The translations under genes and the position numbers were made by a program. A stretch of DNA of 64,000 nt from a virus, in IMG/VR virus record IMGVR_UViG_3300035703_000021, positions 32,001 to 96,000 of that record; one strand, given 5' to 3'. Below, piece by piece: positions 45,854 through 56,601 of this stretch. How positions within the stretch are numbered: position 1 is the first letter of the stretch; the number at the start of each line of letters is the position of its first letter. The notes under the pieces are model-generated. The model saw nothing but the letters and a program-made list of their open reading frames with translations. It did no database searches and was not told the DNA's origin.

Positions 45854-48800
45854 TTAGTTGAGTCTTAGGATCTGGTTGGAAGCGTTTCTCCAGCAGATTC
45901 CGCTGATGCCGGATGGGCAGGAGGCGAGGGAGGTTAGGCCCGAGTCCGTGATCGACTGGTTTCGAGTCGTAACAACCTCGTAAGTTGTTGATACTGTCGT
46001 CGGGGATGTAAGTGGGGCCACGTAGGTAAATCCCATATCAAACCTGATGCCGGACAGGTTTCTGAACTTAGTGCCCAGTGGGCTCTCAGTTACTATCTGT
46101 GTTTTGTTCCTCTGTATCTTGTGATAAGCTCCGTTCACGAAGGCTCCTGGAACCTGCCTTGTTGTCGTACCGGCAGCCACCAGCTTGGTTTCGGAAGCAC
46201 CGGCTTCATTTGTAACGGTGACCTGATTGAATACGTCAAGTGTCTCCGATCTGAAAAGCGAAGTAACCACGTCCGGGCCGGGGGCAACTGTGGTGGGAAA
46301 GATCTCCTGCTGCGTATAGTTAGAGTACTTGCCAGCCGAAGAGAGCTTGTTTCCCGAGAGTCTCACTAAGCAGTTAGTGAATCTCCGCAGTTTATCTATA
46401 TCAACAACCTGGGATATGAGTCTCTGCACCACGGAGACGGGAAGGTTGTTCTCTGACAGATCCACGGTTATCTTCCTGGAGCCACCAGAGAAGATTTTTG
46501 ATAGCGTCGAGGAAGAGCAGTCCGTGAGCATATTCCTACCAAAATCCACCGCGGAGTACGAGTCGTCAGCCACCTTGCCGAATCCGTTTCTGATATCCAG
46601 AGTCCCAGAGAGCCTGCAGTTTCTTGCTCTGAACCTCGATACTTCCGAGAACCCTGACTTGAACCACCCGGAGATGTCAACAGTATTTCTGGTGAATACG
46701 AGAGTGCTGGATAGCGGATCAGGAATATTGCTGCTGATGGTCACGGTTGTATCTGTCACCGAGAGCACTCTGGCCAGCTCCGGCCCCGTGGCACTGGCCC
46801 TCACGGAGTCATTTACCAGCACCTTCTGCCTCATCGCTGAGCCACCGGTCAGTGTGAATACGGCATCATCCGGATCGGCGCTCGAGGCCGGAATAGCTCT
46901 GGAGATGCTCAGGCCACTTACCGACGTGCCCGAATGCGAACCGGATACGCAAGCGTCTCTCAACTCCGGTACTCCCCAGTCGCTTCTGTAAACACTCTCA
47001 AGGCAGTTATTCACATCCACCACCTGAACTTCCGTAGTTGATGTGCCCTCGAAATCGGGAGGAAGGGCCCCTCCGTTCTCCGCGTTGCAACTCCAGGCGA
47101 CTACGGAAACGATATCGCGGGCAAAGTAGAAATTGGACGGGGCGATAGACAGCGTTCTGAGGTCGTAGAAATCCGACCGGTTAATGTCCACTCCGATCTG
47201 CTTTCTGTCCGTCTCGTAAAGTCTCGTGGTTGGGAAGATGGGGAATCTTCCGGTCAGTCTACTGGCCACAGATTCAAATGATGTCAGGCTGTACAGATTC
47301 TTCAAGTCGTTCTTCCTGAATCTATATGCCGGACCGAAGTACCCTATCGAGAATCCTGTGAGCTTGTGCTCGGCTCCTAAAGCCCGGTCGGGAGCAAAAT
47401 TACCGGGAAGAAGGAAGCTTACACCGTTATCCACAATCGCGGACAGACTATTGCATCTCCCAATGCTTATAGCGACGAGGTTTCCGGTCTCAGTGGCCGG
47501 ATTACTACCGAGCGAGGGCATGACCCCCGTGGTGTTAGATTCGTACAGGTAGAGACCCGTTAGCTTCGGTGCCCTGAGAGCCGAGGACACATTGTCGAAC
47601 TTAGCGCCGCCGGAGAACGACGCGTCAAGAGACGTAAGAGAACTCCACTGTCCGGACTGAAGATTGATTGAGACACCCGTTCTGTTGATATCGATGGAGA
47701 CGGTGTTCAGCAGCCAAGTGCTCCAGCTGGTGTCCGATGGGTTATTGATGTAACCAACGATATTGTGATGCTGCCCGTACCTTCCTCCAACATTAAATGA
47801 TCTCATCAAGTACCGTGATACGTGATTACTGTTGGTATGGTCGGCTGAAGTTCCGACGTTCGAGATATTCCCCTCCGCCCCTGAGCCGTAGATGTTGTAA
47901 TCGATCAGAAAGCCGTTATTTTTGATCCTAGGAAGACTACCGAACAGGTATCTGTAAAGCCGGTCTGGATCGAAGTTAGACCAGTCAAGAGACCTCAGAT
48001 TCGGGAACACATCGTCGAATCTAGGGCTTCTGCCATAGAATCGGTCCCCTAGCCTAAGTGACTCCATCGCTGAGAACTCCCTGAAGTCGGTTCCAGCGAC
48101 CCGGCTCTCGTTGCGAATGTACTTTCTGAATATCGGATCCGACCAGTCATTGCCGTCCTCGTTGAGGAATACGCCTTTCTTAGGAACGGTTAAGTAGCTG
48201 ATTCCGGTGTACAGCTGGCCAAACCCAGTTGCAACTGCCGAGGAATCTCGTATATCAAACCATCCCATCGGCCCGCTTCTCCAGACGTCTCCGGAGTTGC
48301 CTAGATCCAGGACTCTCAGCTTATTCTTTAGGGTCTTAAGCCACAGCGGAAGGATCGTTATCGATCCCTCGGACATTCTAAAGACCTCGAGGTTGTTAAA
48401 TCCAATGAGTCCTAAGTCCTTGCGATCGGGGAACTCCTTCACGTCTATGCCGGAAAACTCCAGCCCCTTAACCTTCTCGGGGTTTACGTAGATGTACAGG
48501 TACAGATCGTAGAGATTCTGGTATCCGGTTTTTGTGATGTCTAGGTTCAGAGTGTATGTCAGCGATCCCTCTTGCTGACTTGCCGACGAAACCGGCAGGA
48601 ACTCCACCGGCGCGGCGTTAGGACGGGCTTGGGCCGGCTGGATCTGGAATCCGTAGAAGTACGGAGCGTTAGCGTCGGTAAACGTAAACGTGATAGAGCC
48701 TGTGGCCATACGGCAGAATATTCTCAGTGGCGTATTCTTGGTGGCCAAAAGCCTAACGGGTGCGCTTGTTCCCGTGTTGCCGTTATCTATGTCAACTCTG

Positions 48801-49444
48801 AGCGCGTGGGTGGGGGACTCAGCAACATCGGACTTCTTGAGAAAGTTTGTCTTGGGGATGAAGATTCGATTAACATGCGAGCGTTTACGAACTCTAATGC
48901 TCCCCGAGTACTTCGCGCTCTTAAAATACCCAACGTTGGTCGTATCCATCTCGGCGTTGAACAGGCTAGCGCGGGATGTGGACATCGCTACGGTTTGCCT
49001 TACAGGACTACCGAATAGGCTTTCGCCGATCGTGTTCGCCTTGTAATTAACTCCCTCGCACTGCAGGGATCCGTTATAAATGATTACGTTGGAGGTTTTC
49101 ACCTGGGGCGAACCCACCCCACCGAGCGGATACTCGGGGGAGTAAAAGTCCTTATTAACGTACAAGCTCGTGGGTATTCTGTCTAAGAATACCTCCGTAA
49201 GCTGGTTCAGCGACGGAAGAAGCAACTTTTCCAGGCCAGAAGCCGATCTCAGGTCCTCTGCGGAATTGAGTTTTGTGTGAAGTCCGTACAGCGAATCGAG
49301 AATCTCAGGTTTGATCTGAATGTTTCTCAGAGCGCTTCGCTTATCTGACTCAAAAATCTCCGACAGGTTCTGAAAGCTATCGGAGATAAGGCCGATACTC
49401 GGTCTAGAAAACTGCCCAAAACCTAGAAAAGATGACTCACTCAT
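45854..49444 (-). CDS. Virion-region protein with leucine-rich repeats
   Basis: QNLSEI...ALRNI N-terminus; LRVLDLGN, LRSLDWSN, LTSLDAS, LTGLYLYE and VDLSENNL repeats. Confidence 0.6.
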   Translation of the reverse strand: MSESSFLGFGQFSRPSIGLISDSFQNLSEIFESDKRSALRNIQIKPEILDSLYGLHTKLNSAEDLRSASGLEKLLLPSLNQLTEVFLDRIPTSLYVNKDFYSPEYPLGGVGSPQVKTSNVIIYNGSLQCEGVNYKANTIGESLFGSPVRQTVAMSTSRASLFNAEMDTTNVGYFKSAKYSGSIRVRKRSHVNRIFIPKTNFLKKSDVAESPTHALRVDIDNGNTGTSAPVRLLATKNTPLRIFCRMATGSITFTFTDANAPYFYGFQIQPAQARPNAAPVEFLPVSSASQQEGSLTYTLNLDITKTGYQNLYDLYLYIYVNPEKVKGLEFSGIDVKEFPDRKDLGLIGFNNLEVFRMSEGSITILPLWLKTLKNKLRVLDLGNSGDVWRSGPMGWFDIRDSSAVATGFGQLYTGISYLTVPKKGVFLNEDGNDWSDPIFRKYIRNESRVAGTDFREFSAMESLRLGDRFYGRSPRFDDVFPNLRSLDWSNFDPDRLYRYLFGSLPRIKNNGFLIDYNIYGSGAEGNISNVGTSADHTNSNHVSRYLMRSFNVGGRYGQHHNIVGYINNPSDTSWSTWLLNTVSIDINRTGVSINLQSGQWSSLTSLDASFSGGAKFDNVSSALRAPKLTGLYLYESNTTGVMPSLGSNPATETGNLVAISIGRCNSLSAIVDNGVSFLLPGNFAPDRALGAEHKLTGFSIGYFGPAYRFRKNDLKNLYSLTSFESVASRLTGRFPIFPTTRLYETDRKQIGVDINRSDFYDLRTLSIAPSNFYFARDIVSVVAWSCNAENGGALPPDFEGTSTTEVQVVDVNNCLESVYRSDWGVPELRDACVSGSHSGTSVSGLSISRAIPASSADPDDAVFTLTGGSAMRQKVLVNDSVRASATGPELARVLSVTDTTVTISSNIPDPLSSTLVFTRNTVDISGWFKSGFSEVSRFRARNCRLSGTLDIRNGFGKVADDSYSAVDFGRNMLTDCSSSTLSKIFSGGSRKITVDLSENNLPVSVVQRLISQVVDIDKLRRFTNCLVRLSGNKLSSAGKYSNYTQQEIFPTTVAPGPDVVTSLFRSETLDVFNQVTVTNEAGASETKLVAAGTTTRQVPGAFVNGAYHKIQRNKTQIVTESPLGTKFRNLSGIRFDMGFTYVAPLTSPTTVSTTYEVVTTRNQSITDSGLTSLASCPSGISGICWRNASNQILRLN

Positions 49445-49482
49445 CTGCTTGTATTCCGTTACTAGTTAACTTTCAACAAGAC

Positions 49483-52400
49483 TTACTGCTCACTGTAATT
49501 CAGCGACATGTAAATCTCGTTATTTGTCTCGTCGTGATTGCCCAGGGCCCTCGCGATGAAGAAGGTCGCTAGGTTGCCATCATCCTCGTTGACAATGCTT
49601 TCGGCCGAAACATTGAACACGGTGTTCAGATCTATCTCAGTTGGGGTGTTGGCGGAGACGTAGTAAGTGGCAAGAGGAGTACCCTGGTTGCTTGTTAGCC
49701 ATCTGATGGGGTAGTCGGAAGCTGTGAAGATACCCGCCGAGTTTACGCCTCCAGGTGACAGGAAGCTTCCGCACTTCTTAGGAGATGTGTGGATGGACTT
49801 GTAGGTGTCCAGATTGGCCTCGCTCGCGTTCACCGTGGGCGCTGTGGATTTACCCAGGCTGTCGATGTGAGTGTAGGAGCTGATCACTTTCACCGGGCCG
49901 CCGGCCTGAGGGTTCGATGACCATTCACTGTGGAAATCGGTTTGGTCATCGGAGATGGAGACGGTGCTTCTGTGCGGGCTGAATGGCTCGACTTTGACAC
50001 CATTGGGGGTCTTCTGCCCGATCCATACCCCACCCAGAGATGCCCCCTGTCTGCCCTGGATAAATACGCGGATGAACGGTACGTTCCCCGGAGCGATCTT
50101 GGATACGAGAATCTGACGGACTTCAGACTTCTTGTTCATGGTGGCGATGTAGACGATGTTGTAAGATACGTCCACAGTGCCTGTAAAGATTCCGCCTGGC
50201 AACGAGGTGCCAATGGGCAGAAGGTACTGAGTCACTTCTCCAACGGTCCTGACGATACCGCCACTCGTTACGCTATTGACCGAAACCCCACTCTGGACTA
50301 TAGTAACAGTGAACGTATCAGTTCCCAGGTTAGGCCACGGGCCCGATGGGTCACTGACATAGTACTGGATGGTTCCCGGCGCTTCCGGGTCTTCCTCGGA
50401 GATAATCGTAACGTTCTCCCGGAGTTCTCTTCCAGCTTTACAGTACAGTCCTCTGCACAGTCCTCCCTCTGTCCCTGGGACGCTCAATCGACTATCGAAG
50501 TAGTCGATATCGGTAAAGTAATAGTTCTGGTACTCTCCTACTTCCAAGTTGTAGGTGTCCGTAGCGACAGTGGGACTCGTCTCCATGTACAGAGTATTGT
50601 TCGCGTAGGTGGCGGAGGTGAAATCGTACGGTAGGCCCTCGTAGAAAGTTTGGCCGTCGTAGGATGCGTTAGCTTGGATTCCCCAGTTAGGACCGGAGTT
50701 ATCCTCGTGCAGAGGATCCCCAGGAGTCGTGCTTGGCCACACGAACCCTACTCTAAAAGAGGAGGCGTGGGACCCATCACCTAGCCCGGAGAGCTCGCCT
50801 CCGACCCAGTACACGTAGAATTCGCTGCTTAGAACGTCGATAGTACTCAGAAGGATCTGATCACGTCTGAAGTAGTCGAACTCGATGTCGTAACCCGTCT
50901 CATACGGAGAGACGGGGGCGTACGTGAACGGTAGGTAGACCTTATCCGCTGTTGGGAGCGGTTTTCTGCTTGACAGGTACTCACTGCTCTGACCATCTCT
51001 CTGCAGTTTGAGAGCGACCGTATTGGGAACACTGAAATCCTTCTGGGAGGCGGGGAACAGGCCGTAGAGGTCATCCCCGATGATCCTGATCGCTTGGTTG
51101 CCTATAACCGACCAGTTGGATTGGATGGTAGGGTTTCTGAAGTCTCCTGATGAAGCTTGGCTGTAGGCCGCGACTGCGGTGTGAGTCGAAGCGTTATCCT
51201 CGGAGATACCCAGGGCCGGGAAGTTCAGCTCGTAGTACGGGCTGATCGCGAACTTACCTTTGAGCCTTCTTTGCTCTGGCAACGGATTCCAGACGTACCC
51301 TTCCTGGTGCGAGTAGGCCCACTCGGGACATCCTTTCTGCCTGACGATCTTAACCTCGCAATCACGCTGGCTGTGCACAAAAAGGTTCTGAGGAAATATC
51401 TCCTTCTTGTTGTAGAGTTCCGTTCCGAACCTATTCACTAGGAGCTGGCGAGGCTTAACGCCCATCACCGTCGTCCAGTCGATTGCATTGAGTCGAGTTT
51501 TGGACTGGGAGAACCCGGGGTTGGGAAGGTTTCTGACCTTGGACTGGGCGTTGAGGCTGTACAGAGTACCCTCGTCGTATCCATCAATATAGTATGATGC
51601 TCCGAACTTATTAACGTACTGATCAACTCTAATGGCGGAGGAGTCCTGGACTTTGAGTCTGTACTTGAAATAAAAGAACGGATCTGCTAAGCAGGGCTGA
51701 CCGAGTTGGTTCTCGATGACGAGAGTGTGCATCGTCACCCATCTACACTCGTTATTCTCCACCGGAACGTACGCGTAGAACCTGGCCCCAATGGCTCCGT
51801 ACCATCCGAACTCGATCTTGTACATGGTTACGGTGTCCGGATTGAGCAGGTAACCTGTCTCGCCCTCGCCGCTGAGGGAGTCCCCGTTCATTATCTTCTG
51901 CTCGATAACGGTCTCGTACTGAACTTTGCCGTTTCTAACTATCGTTTTTGTATTCTCTGCGTACTCAGCCTCGCTGAGAAACTGCGTATCCTCCAGGGGA
52001 ACGGTGGATCTTCTCACGATGGAGAAGAGGGCGCCATTGGCGAGCCTGAACATGTAGGAGTCGGTATCGTTTTCCACTCCGAACTCCAGGATGGTTCCGG
52101 GTCCAGCTCCGATCTCGCTTACTTTAACACCGTAGGTGAAACCGCTGATCCGACCCGGCTGGTAACGGAAAGCCCTGATGGACTTCAGAGTTATCTCGGA
52201 GTACACTCCTTGGACTCCGCCAATTCTATTACCGTTTGTGGGAAGGTCGATCTGCTCCCCAAACGCTTGGGACGGCCACGCGTTTGTAAAGGTGTTGTTA
52301 TTTCGATCAGCCACAGTGGGTGTGTCTAGCACAAAATAGGGAAGCTTCAGGTCTCTCTCGAGCTGGGTTACAGTGGACTGGTTCTTGTGAATCGTGAACT

Positions 52401-53517
52401 CCCAGTCCTTAAGGTCCTGACGGATCTCACTCCACCGGAGTCCGTGATACTTTTCCCAGAGTTCCGCGATGGGATTTGTTTTGATTCGGAAGTGCCCGCG
52501 ATCCTCCGCACGGCCCTCAGGGTAGTATACGCGAGTGGTGCCGAAGAAGAAGCTATCCCATGTTGCGCTGAGATTACCCGGAAGGTTGATATTAGCTTCT
52601 GTGATAAATACGTTTGAGGTCCCCCACAGAGAGGCTACGGATCTCCAGTTCTCTATTTCCGCGATGTTGAAGTTGTACGCGCGGCCGCTGGGAATGATGG
52701 GGTAGTTGGTTGCGGAGCCGAAACGCAACTGCTGGATATCCAGCCAAAGCTTATCCCAGTACAGCTCATTGAAGGAGAAAGTTCCGTCTCCGTTGTCGAT
52801 AGGAGGATACTTGCCGAGAGTCGGCAGAAGGTTGAACTCTCCCCACTGATTAGGCGTGAACTCATTAACCATGTACCTGAATAGGTACAGCGCGACCACG
52901 CTGTTGATATACTGCCCCCAGGTGGTGTATCTTTCCGCTCCGCCAGGATTCACAAGTTGGTCCTGGATCGAAGGTCTTGGGGGCTCTAGGAACGGTGTAG
53001 GATTCGCGGATAAAACAATGGCGGAATTTTTACTATCCTCGTTGTACGCTACGGGGTAGTAATTACCGGTGGAACTCGGCCTTCTCGTCCACCACCATCT
53101 GAATACGTCGTCAGGGTATCCCGCGGAATCGACTCTCCAGTCCTTTGGATCTAAGCCATAGGACGATACGTTTCCAAACAATCCCTGCTGAGACGTCTCC
53201 CGGTTAACCCCGAGAAGAGACCTGGAGACTTCGCTCTGCTCCGCAAACTGCTCCACCATTGGCAAAGCCGCCGGATCCCCTTTGCTGAAAGCATTGGCCA
53301 CGCTCCGGCCGTCATTCTTGTAGGAGTCGGAGTCGAGCACGACGCTAGGCGCCCTGCTCTGACCATACTCGCTCCGTCTGTAGGCGTCCTTCTCGGTGAC
53401 AAGAGGGGCCCCCTGCTCGGTTGTCAGAGGGAAGCCTCTGATGTCGACCATCTGCTTTACGCTTCGCGTTTTACGCGGTGGCGTTTTATCCGCTCTTAGA
53501 CTCTTTTTTCTTGCCAT
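49483..53517 (-). CDS. Large virion protein (paralogue of 53521-56592)
   Basis: SEVSRSLLG, FRYQPGR, VTMYKIEFGWYGA, FGASYYIDG and terminal YSEQ. Confidence 0.7.
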   Translation of the reverse strand: MARKKSLRADKTPPRKTRSVKQMVDIRGFPLTTEQGAPLVTEKDAYRRSEYGQSRAPSVVLDSDSYKNDGRSVANAFSKGDPAALPMVEQFAEQSEVSRSLLGVNRETSQQGLFGNVSSYGLDPKDWRVDSAGYPDDVFRWWWTRRPSSTGNYYPVAYNEDSKNSAIVLSANPTPFLEPPRPSIQDQLVNPGGAERYTTWGQYINSVVALYLFRYMVNEFTPNQWGEFNLLPTLGKYPPIDNGDGTFSFNELYWDKLWLDIQQLRFGSATNYPIIPSGRAYNFNIAEIENWRSVASLWGTSNVFITEANINLPGNLSATWDSFFFGTTRVYYPEGRAEDRGHFRIKTNPIAELWEKYHGLRWSEIRQDLKDWEFTIHKNQSTVTQLERDLKLPYFVLDTPTVADRNNNTFTNAWPSQAFGEQIDLPTNGNRIGGVQGVYSEITLKSIRAFRYQPGRISGFTYGVKVSEIGAGPGTILEFGVENDTDSYMFRLANGALFSIVRRSTVPLEDTQFLSEAEYAENTKTIVRNGKVQYETVIEQKIMNGDSLSGEGETGYLLNPDTVTMYKIEFGWYGAIGARFYAYVPVENNECRWVTMHTLVIENQLGQPCLADPFFYFKYRLKVQDSSAIRVDQYVNKFGASYYIDGYDEGTLYSLNAQSKVRNLPNPGFSQSKTRLNAIDWTTVMGVKPRQLLVNRFGTELYNKKEIFPQNLFVHSQRDCEVKIVRQKGCPEWAYSHQEGYVWNPLPEQRRLKGKFAISPYYELNFPALGISEDNASTHTAVAAYSQASSGDFRNPTIQSNWSVIGNQAIRIIGDDLYGLFPASQKDFSVPNTVALKLQRDGQSSEYLSSRKPLPTADKVYLPFTYAPVSPYETGYDIEFDYFRRDQILLSTIDVLSSEFYVYWVGGELSGLGDGSHASSFRVGFVWPSTTPGDPLHEDNSGPNWGIQANASYDGQTFYEGLPYDFTSATYANNTLYMETSPTVATDTYNLEVGEYQNYYFTDIDYFDSRLSVPGTEGGLCRGLYCKAGRELRENVTIISEEDPEAPGTIQYYVSDPSGPWPNLGTDTFTVTIVQSGVSVNSVTSGGIVRTVGEVTQYLLPIGTSLPGGIFTGTVDVSYNIVYIATMNKKSEVRQILVSKIAPGNVPFIRVFIQGRQGASLGGVWIGQKTPNGVKVEPFSPHRSTVSISDDQTDFHSEWSSNPQAGGPVKVISSYTHIDSLGKSTAPTVNASEANLDTYKSIHTSPKKCGSFLSPGGVNSAGIFTASDYPIRWLTSNQGTPLATYYVSANTPTEIDLNTVFNVSAESIVNEDDGNLATFFIARALGNHDETNNEIYMSLNYSEQ

Positions 53518-53520
53518 AAA

Positions 53521-56500
53521 TCACTGCTCCTCCCAGGTAAGGGAGTTTACAACTGAGAGTTGGGTTGAAGGTTCCGTACTTGACGAAGTTGACTCCCACA
53601 TCGCGTAAGCGCAGAGGATATCCACCTCATTAGTAAGAGGATAGGAGATATATTCCTTATTATACGCGAAGTAGTCAGCCAGATCAAATTGAGCGCCTCC
53701 CTCATTACAGTACAAGGAGAAGATCGTGTTTCCTGTCCCCGCTACTGGCGCCAGTTGGAAGTCCTGCGAAACGGAAGCTCCGGAGAGCTGGGCGATGGAC
53801 TCAAAAGTTCCAATGATGTCCGACTCGTTCCACTTCTTCTGATCCTCGTATTTAGAGTGCGTAAAATCTCCTGAGAACTGCGTGATACTTCCCTGAGTGT
53901 TAAAATTGTACATTTTTACAGGAAGAAGTCCGCCAAAAACAGTGAAAGGTTCGTTTTTTGCCTCGTAATTCTGGATCCAGTAATCGGACCCCTTGCGGAA
54001 AAGTCTGACAAGCACGGCGCTCTCAGACACTCCCGGCGAGGCTGGGAATCCGCCAGGGGGAATGGATCCCGTCGCGATGCCTCTCATATAGCAGTGAATG
54101 TACGCGCCATCGAAGGACAGAAGACTCTGTAGACTTGTAAAGTCGGGAGCAGAGATATTAGCTCCCGTGCCAGAGGCAAAGATCTTCCTAGGTACAGTTC
54201 CTGATCCCAGGTTAAATCCATTTGAGGTATTAGTGCTAGAACTATAAAGTGAGATGGGGTAACTCTGGTTTAGCGAGGAGTTATTTAAGTTGTTGGTAAT
54301 GAGTAGCGGATTTTTGATGAAGTTAATGGTAAGGATATTGCTATCGGATGATGGGTCAGTCACCCCGATCCCGTACTTAATCGGATAGAGCTGTATTCTG
54401 TTTCTGATGCCAACTCCTGCTCCGTTACTAACCTCGTCCTTAGCTCTTAGAGCAATCATAGCTCGCTGGCGACGTGGGACGATTAACTCTATGTCAGTAC
54501 CCACCCCAAAAGCGGTTACGGCTTTATTGAAGTACAGCCTGATTTTATCAGGAGAGTCATTCTCAACCCAGATAACTCTCATCGTTGTATCCGACTTCAG
54601 ATACGCCCCTACAAGTTGATCTTTTTGCGCTTGAGGAACAGCCTCTGAGGTATCAACGCTAAAGTAATTCGAGGTTGAAACTCCGGAGACTTCGGCTCTG
54701 ATTCCACTATACGCAACGCTCTTGGAGTAATCGGAAGACTTGGAAAGTAGTTTCACGGTTCCCTTGTCCCCACCATCGATATAGTAGGAAGCGCCGTACT
54801 TGACAAGCTTGCTCTTTCCACTGTCTGGTAGGCCATTGCTCAGGCCCGCGTGAGTCATGTACGTGATGGGTAGAGTAGCGTTACCCAGTGAGGCCACATC
54901 AAGCTGGTTAGAAGCTCTCATATGGTGCACTCTCACCCACCTTGCTTCTCCGTTGCCTACAGGAACGTAGCAGAGGAACAGAGCACCGACCGCACCATAC
55001 CAGGAAAACTCGATCTTCCACATGGTTACCTTGGTGAAGTCGATATCGTACACGGAGGTATCCGTTAAGATGTTGCCAGCAACATCAATAACAACGGGAT
55101 CACCCGGGCGCTTGATGCCGGTATCCGCGGGGTCCACGTTAGCCGTAGAGACGTCGCTCCAGCGGACGGTGTTGGTGAGGCCATTGAGTTGGTCGTTGCT
55201 GAACATTGCACGGACAGGCCTCCACTCGTACACCACTCTGTACTGAGGAGGAACACAAATCTTAAACCACTCTTTGAGGGTTAGATTTTTGCGTCCAACG
55301 TCGGAGTTGGCAACGTCGTAGGACGAGACTCTATGCGCGGAAGGGAAGGCCGTGGAGTATTCTCCGTTCTGCACTTGGGTGCTTCCCTGAACCGATACGA
55401 GTAGATTCCACACTTTAACAGCACTATCGGTGGCGTTAGGAGCGGTATCGTATCCGAATCTCGCGTTGGAGGTGTCTACGTTCAGGATGTTCAAACCCTC
55501 TTCTGTAGTAGTTGTTCCGATCTGGTCTGTAAATCCAACCCCACCTCCTCTGCTCAGATTGGTGACAATGTCCTCCCAGCGGCAGTGGGCGTCTAGACGA
55601 ATATAATTCGTATTAGGCTTCATATAGTCCTGTTTGCTGTAGCCTCTATACTCATCGCTATCTTTACTAATATCTTTTTGATCAAAGGGAAACTGAAACT
55701 TCCTACCGGAGAAGTGCTCCACAAATGCACCAGCGGCGTCGCGATAAGCTAGCCTCACAGCGTAGCCTTCGTTGTAATTGTAATCTGACAGCGTGTTGGG
55801 AGCCGCTTCGATGGCCCTAACGTCCGCCGGAGCGTAGCAAAGACTAGGATCGTGAATCGCCGCGGCTACGTAGCACAAGCCGTTTCGGTAGATGACCGGA
55901 TCGACTCCAACGACTCCCCAGTTACCCTCTTTGATATTGGTGCTGCCTGTCGAACCCGTGATAGCGTTCCAGCGCTCTGGAGTCGTCTCCACTCCGGTGG
56001 GCTGGGTGTAAGTCAGAGCCTGCGTGCGGCGAACGCACCTAAAGTCGTTACTATCTCCACCGTTTACCATCTCGAAGTAGTAGCCATCGTACTTGTCGAA
56101 AATGCCCCACTTCTTGATGGTAGGGGCGCCTTTCATAGTGTTACGAGCCGGGGTGGCGGCCTCGTAGGTGGACTTGGTGCGGTTCATCTTTACACCCATG
56201 GTCGAGGATGACACACGACCAGGTTGGTATCTGAAGAACCTCTTCGAGGTCAGCACGGCGGTTCTTCCTGTGGAGGCCACTACCTCCGCCCCAGCTTCCT
56301 CCGCGAGGTGGTTCACTCCGGTGCCAGTGTCCGGGTCGTTCTCCAGAGGAACCTGAGACCACTCGGATGGGTTGACGTCGTACGTGTTAACGTCAGCAAA
56401 AATGCCCAAAGCCACTTCGGCTCTAGGGATTCCGAGCAAGCTAAGAGCGACCTCGGACTGAATCTTGTTCTGCTCCTCCACGGGGATAGGAGGCTGGTCC

Positions 56501-56592
56501 TCAGCGAATACTACTGGGAGGGAGTTAACCGCCTTCTGCTGACCTAGGGGTACCGGGGCGGTTTTGCCGATGATAGTCTGTTTGTTAGCCAT
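53521..56592 (-). CDS. Large virion protein (paralogue of 49483-53517)
   Basis: SEVALSLLG, FRYQPGR, VTMWKIEFSWYGA, YGASYYIDG and terminal WEEQ. Confidence 0.7.
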   Translation of the reverse strand: MANKQTIIGKTAPVPLGQQKAVNSLPVVFAEDQPPIPVEEQNKIQSEVALSLLGIPRAEVALGIFADVNTYDVNPSEWSQVPLENDPDTGTGVNHLAEEAGAEVVASTGRTAVLTSKRFFRYQPGRVSSSTMGVKMNRTKSTYEAATPARNTMKGAPTIKKWGIFDKYDGYYFEMVNGGDSNDFRCVRRTQALTYTQPTGVETTPERWNAITGSTGSTNIKEGNWGVVGVDPVIYRNGLCYVAAAIHDPSLCYAPADVRAIEAAPNTLSDYNYNEGYAVRLAYRDAAGAFVEHFSGRKFQFPFDQKDISKDSDEYRGYSKQDYMKPNTNYIRLDAHCRWEDIVTNLSRGGGVGFTDQIGTTTTEEGLNILNVDTSNARFGYDTAPNATDSAVKVWNLLVSVQGSTQVQNGEYSTAFPSAHRVSSYDVANSDVGRKNLTLKEWFKICVPPQYRVVYEWRPVRAMFSNDQLNGLTNTVRWSDVSTANVDPADTGIKRPGDPVVIDVAGNILTDTSVYDIDFTKVTMWKIEFSWYGAVGALFLCYVPVGNGEARWVRVHHMRASNQLDVASLGNATLPITYMTHAGLSNGLPDSGKSKLVKYGASYYIDGGDKGTVKLLSKSSDYSKSVAYSGIRAEVSGVSTSNYFSVDTSEAVPQAQKDQLVGAYLKSDTTMRVIWVENDSPDKIRLYFNKAVTAFGVGTDIELIVPRRQRAMIALRAKDEVSNGAGVGIRNRIQLYPIKYGIGVTDPSSDSNILTINFIKNPLLITNNLNNSSLNQSYPISLYSSSTNTSNGFNLGSGTVPRKIFASGTGANISAPDFTSLQSLLSFDGAYIHCYMRGIATGSIPPGGFPASPGVSESAVLVRLFRKGSDYWIQNYEAKNEPFTVFGGLLPVKMYNFNTQGSITQFSGDFTHSKYEDQKKWNESDIIGTFESIAQLSGASVSQDFQLAPVAGTGNTIFSLYCNEGGAQFDLADYFAYNKEYISYPLTNEVDILCAYAMWESTSSSTEPSTQLSVVNSLTWEEQ

Positions 56593-56601
56593 AGTGGGAG
56601 A

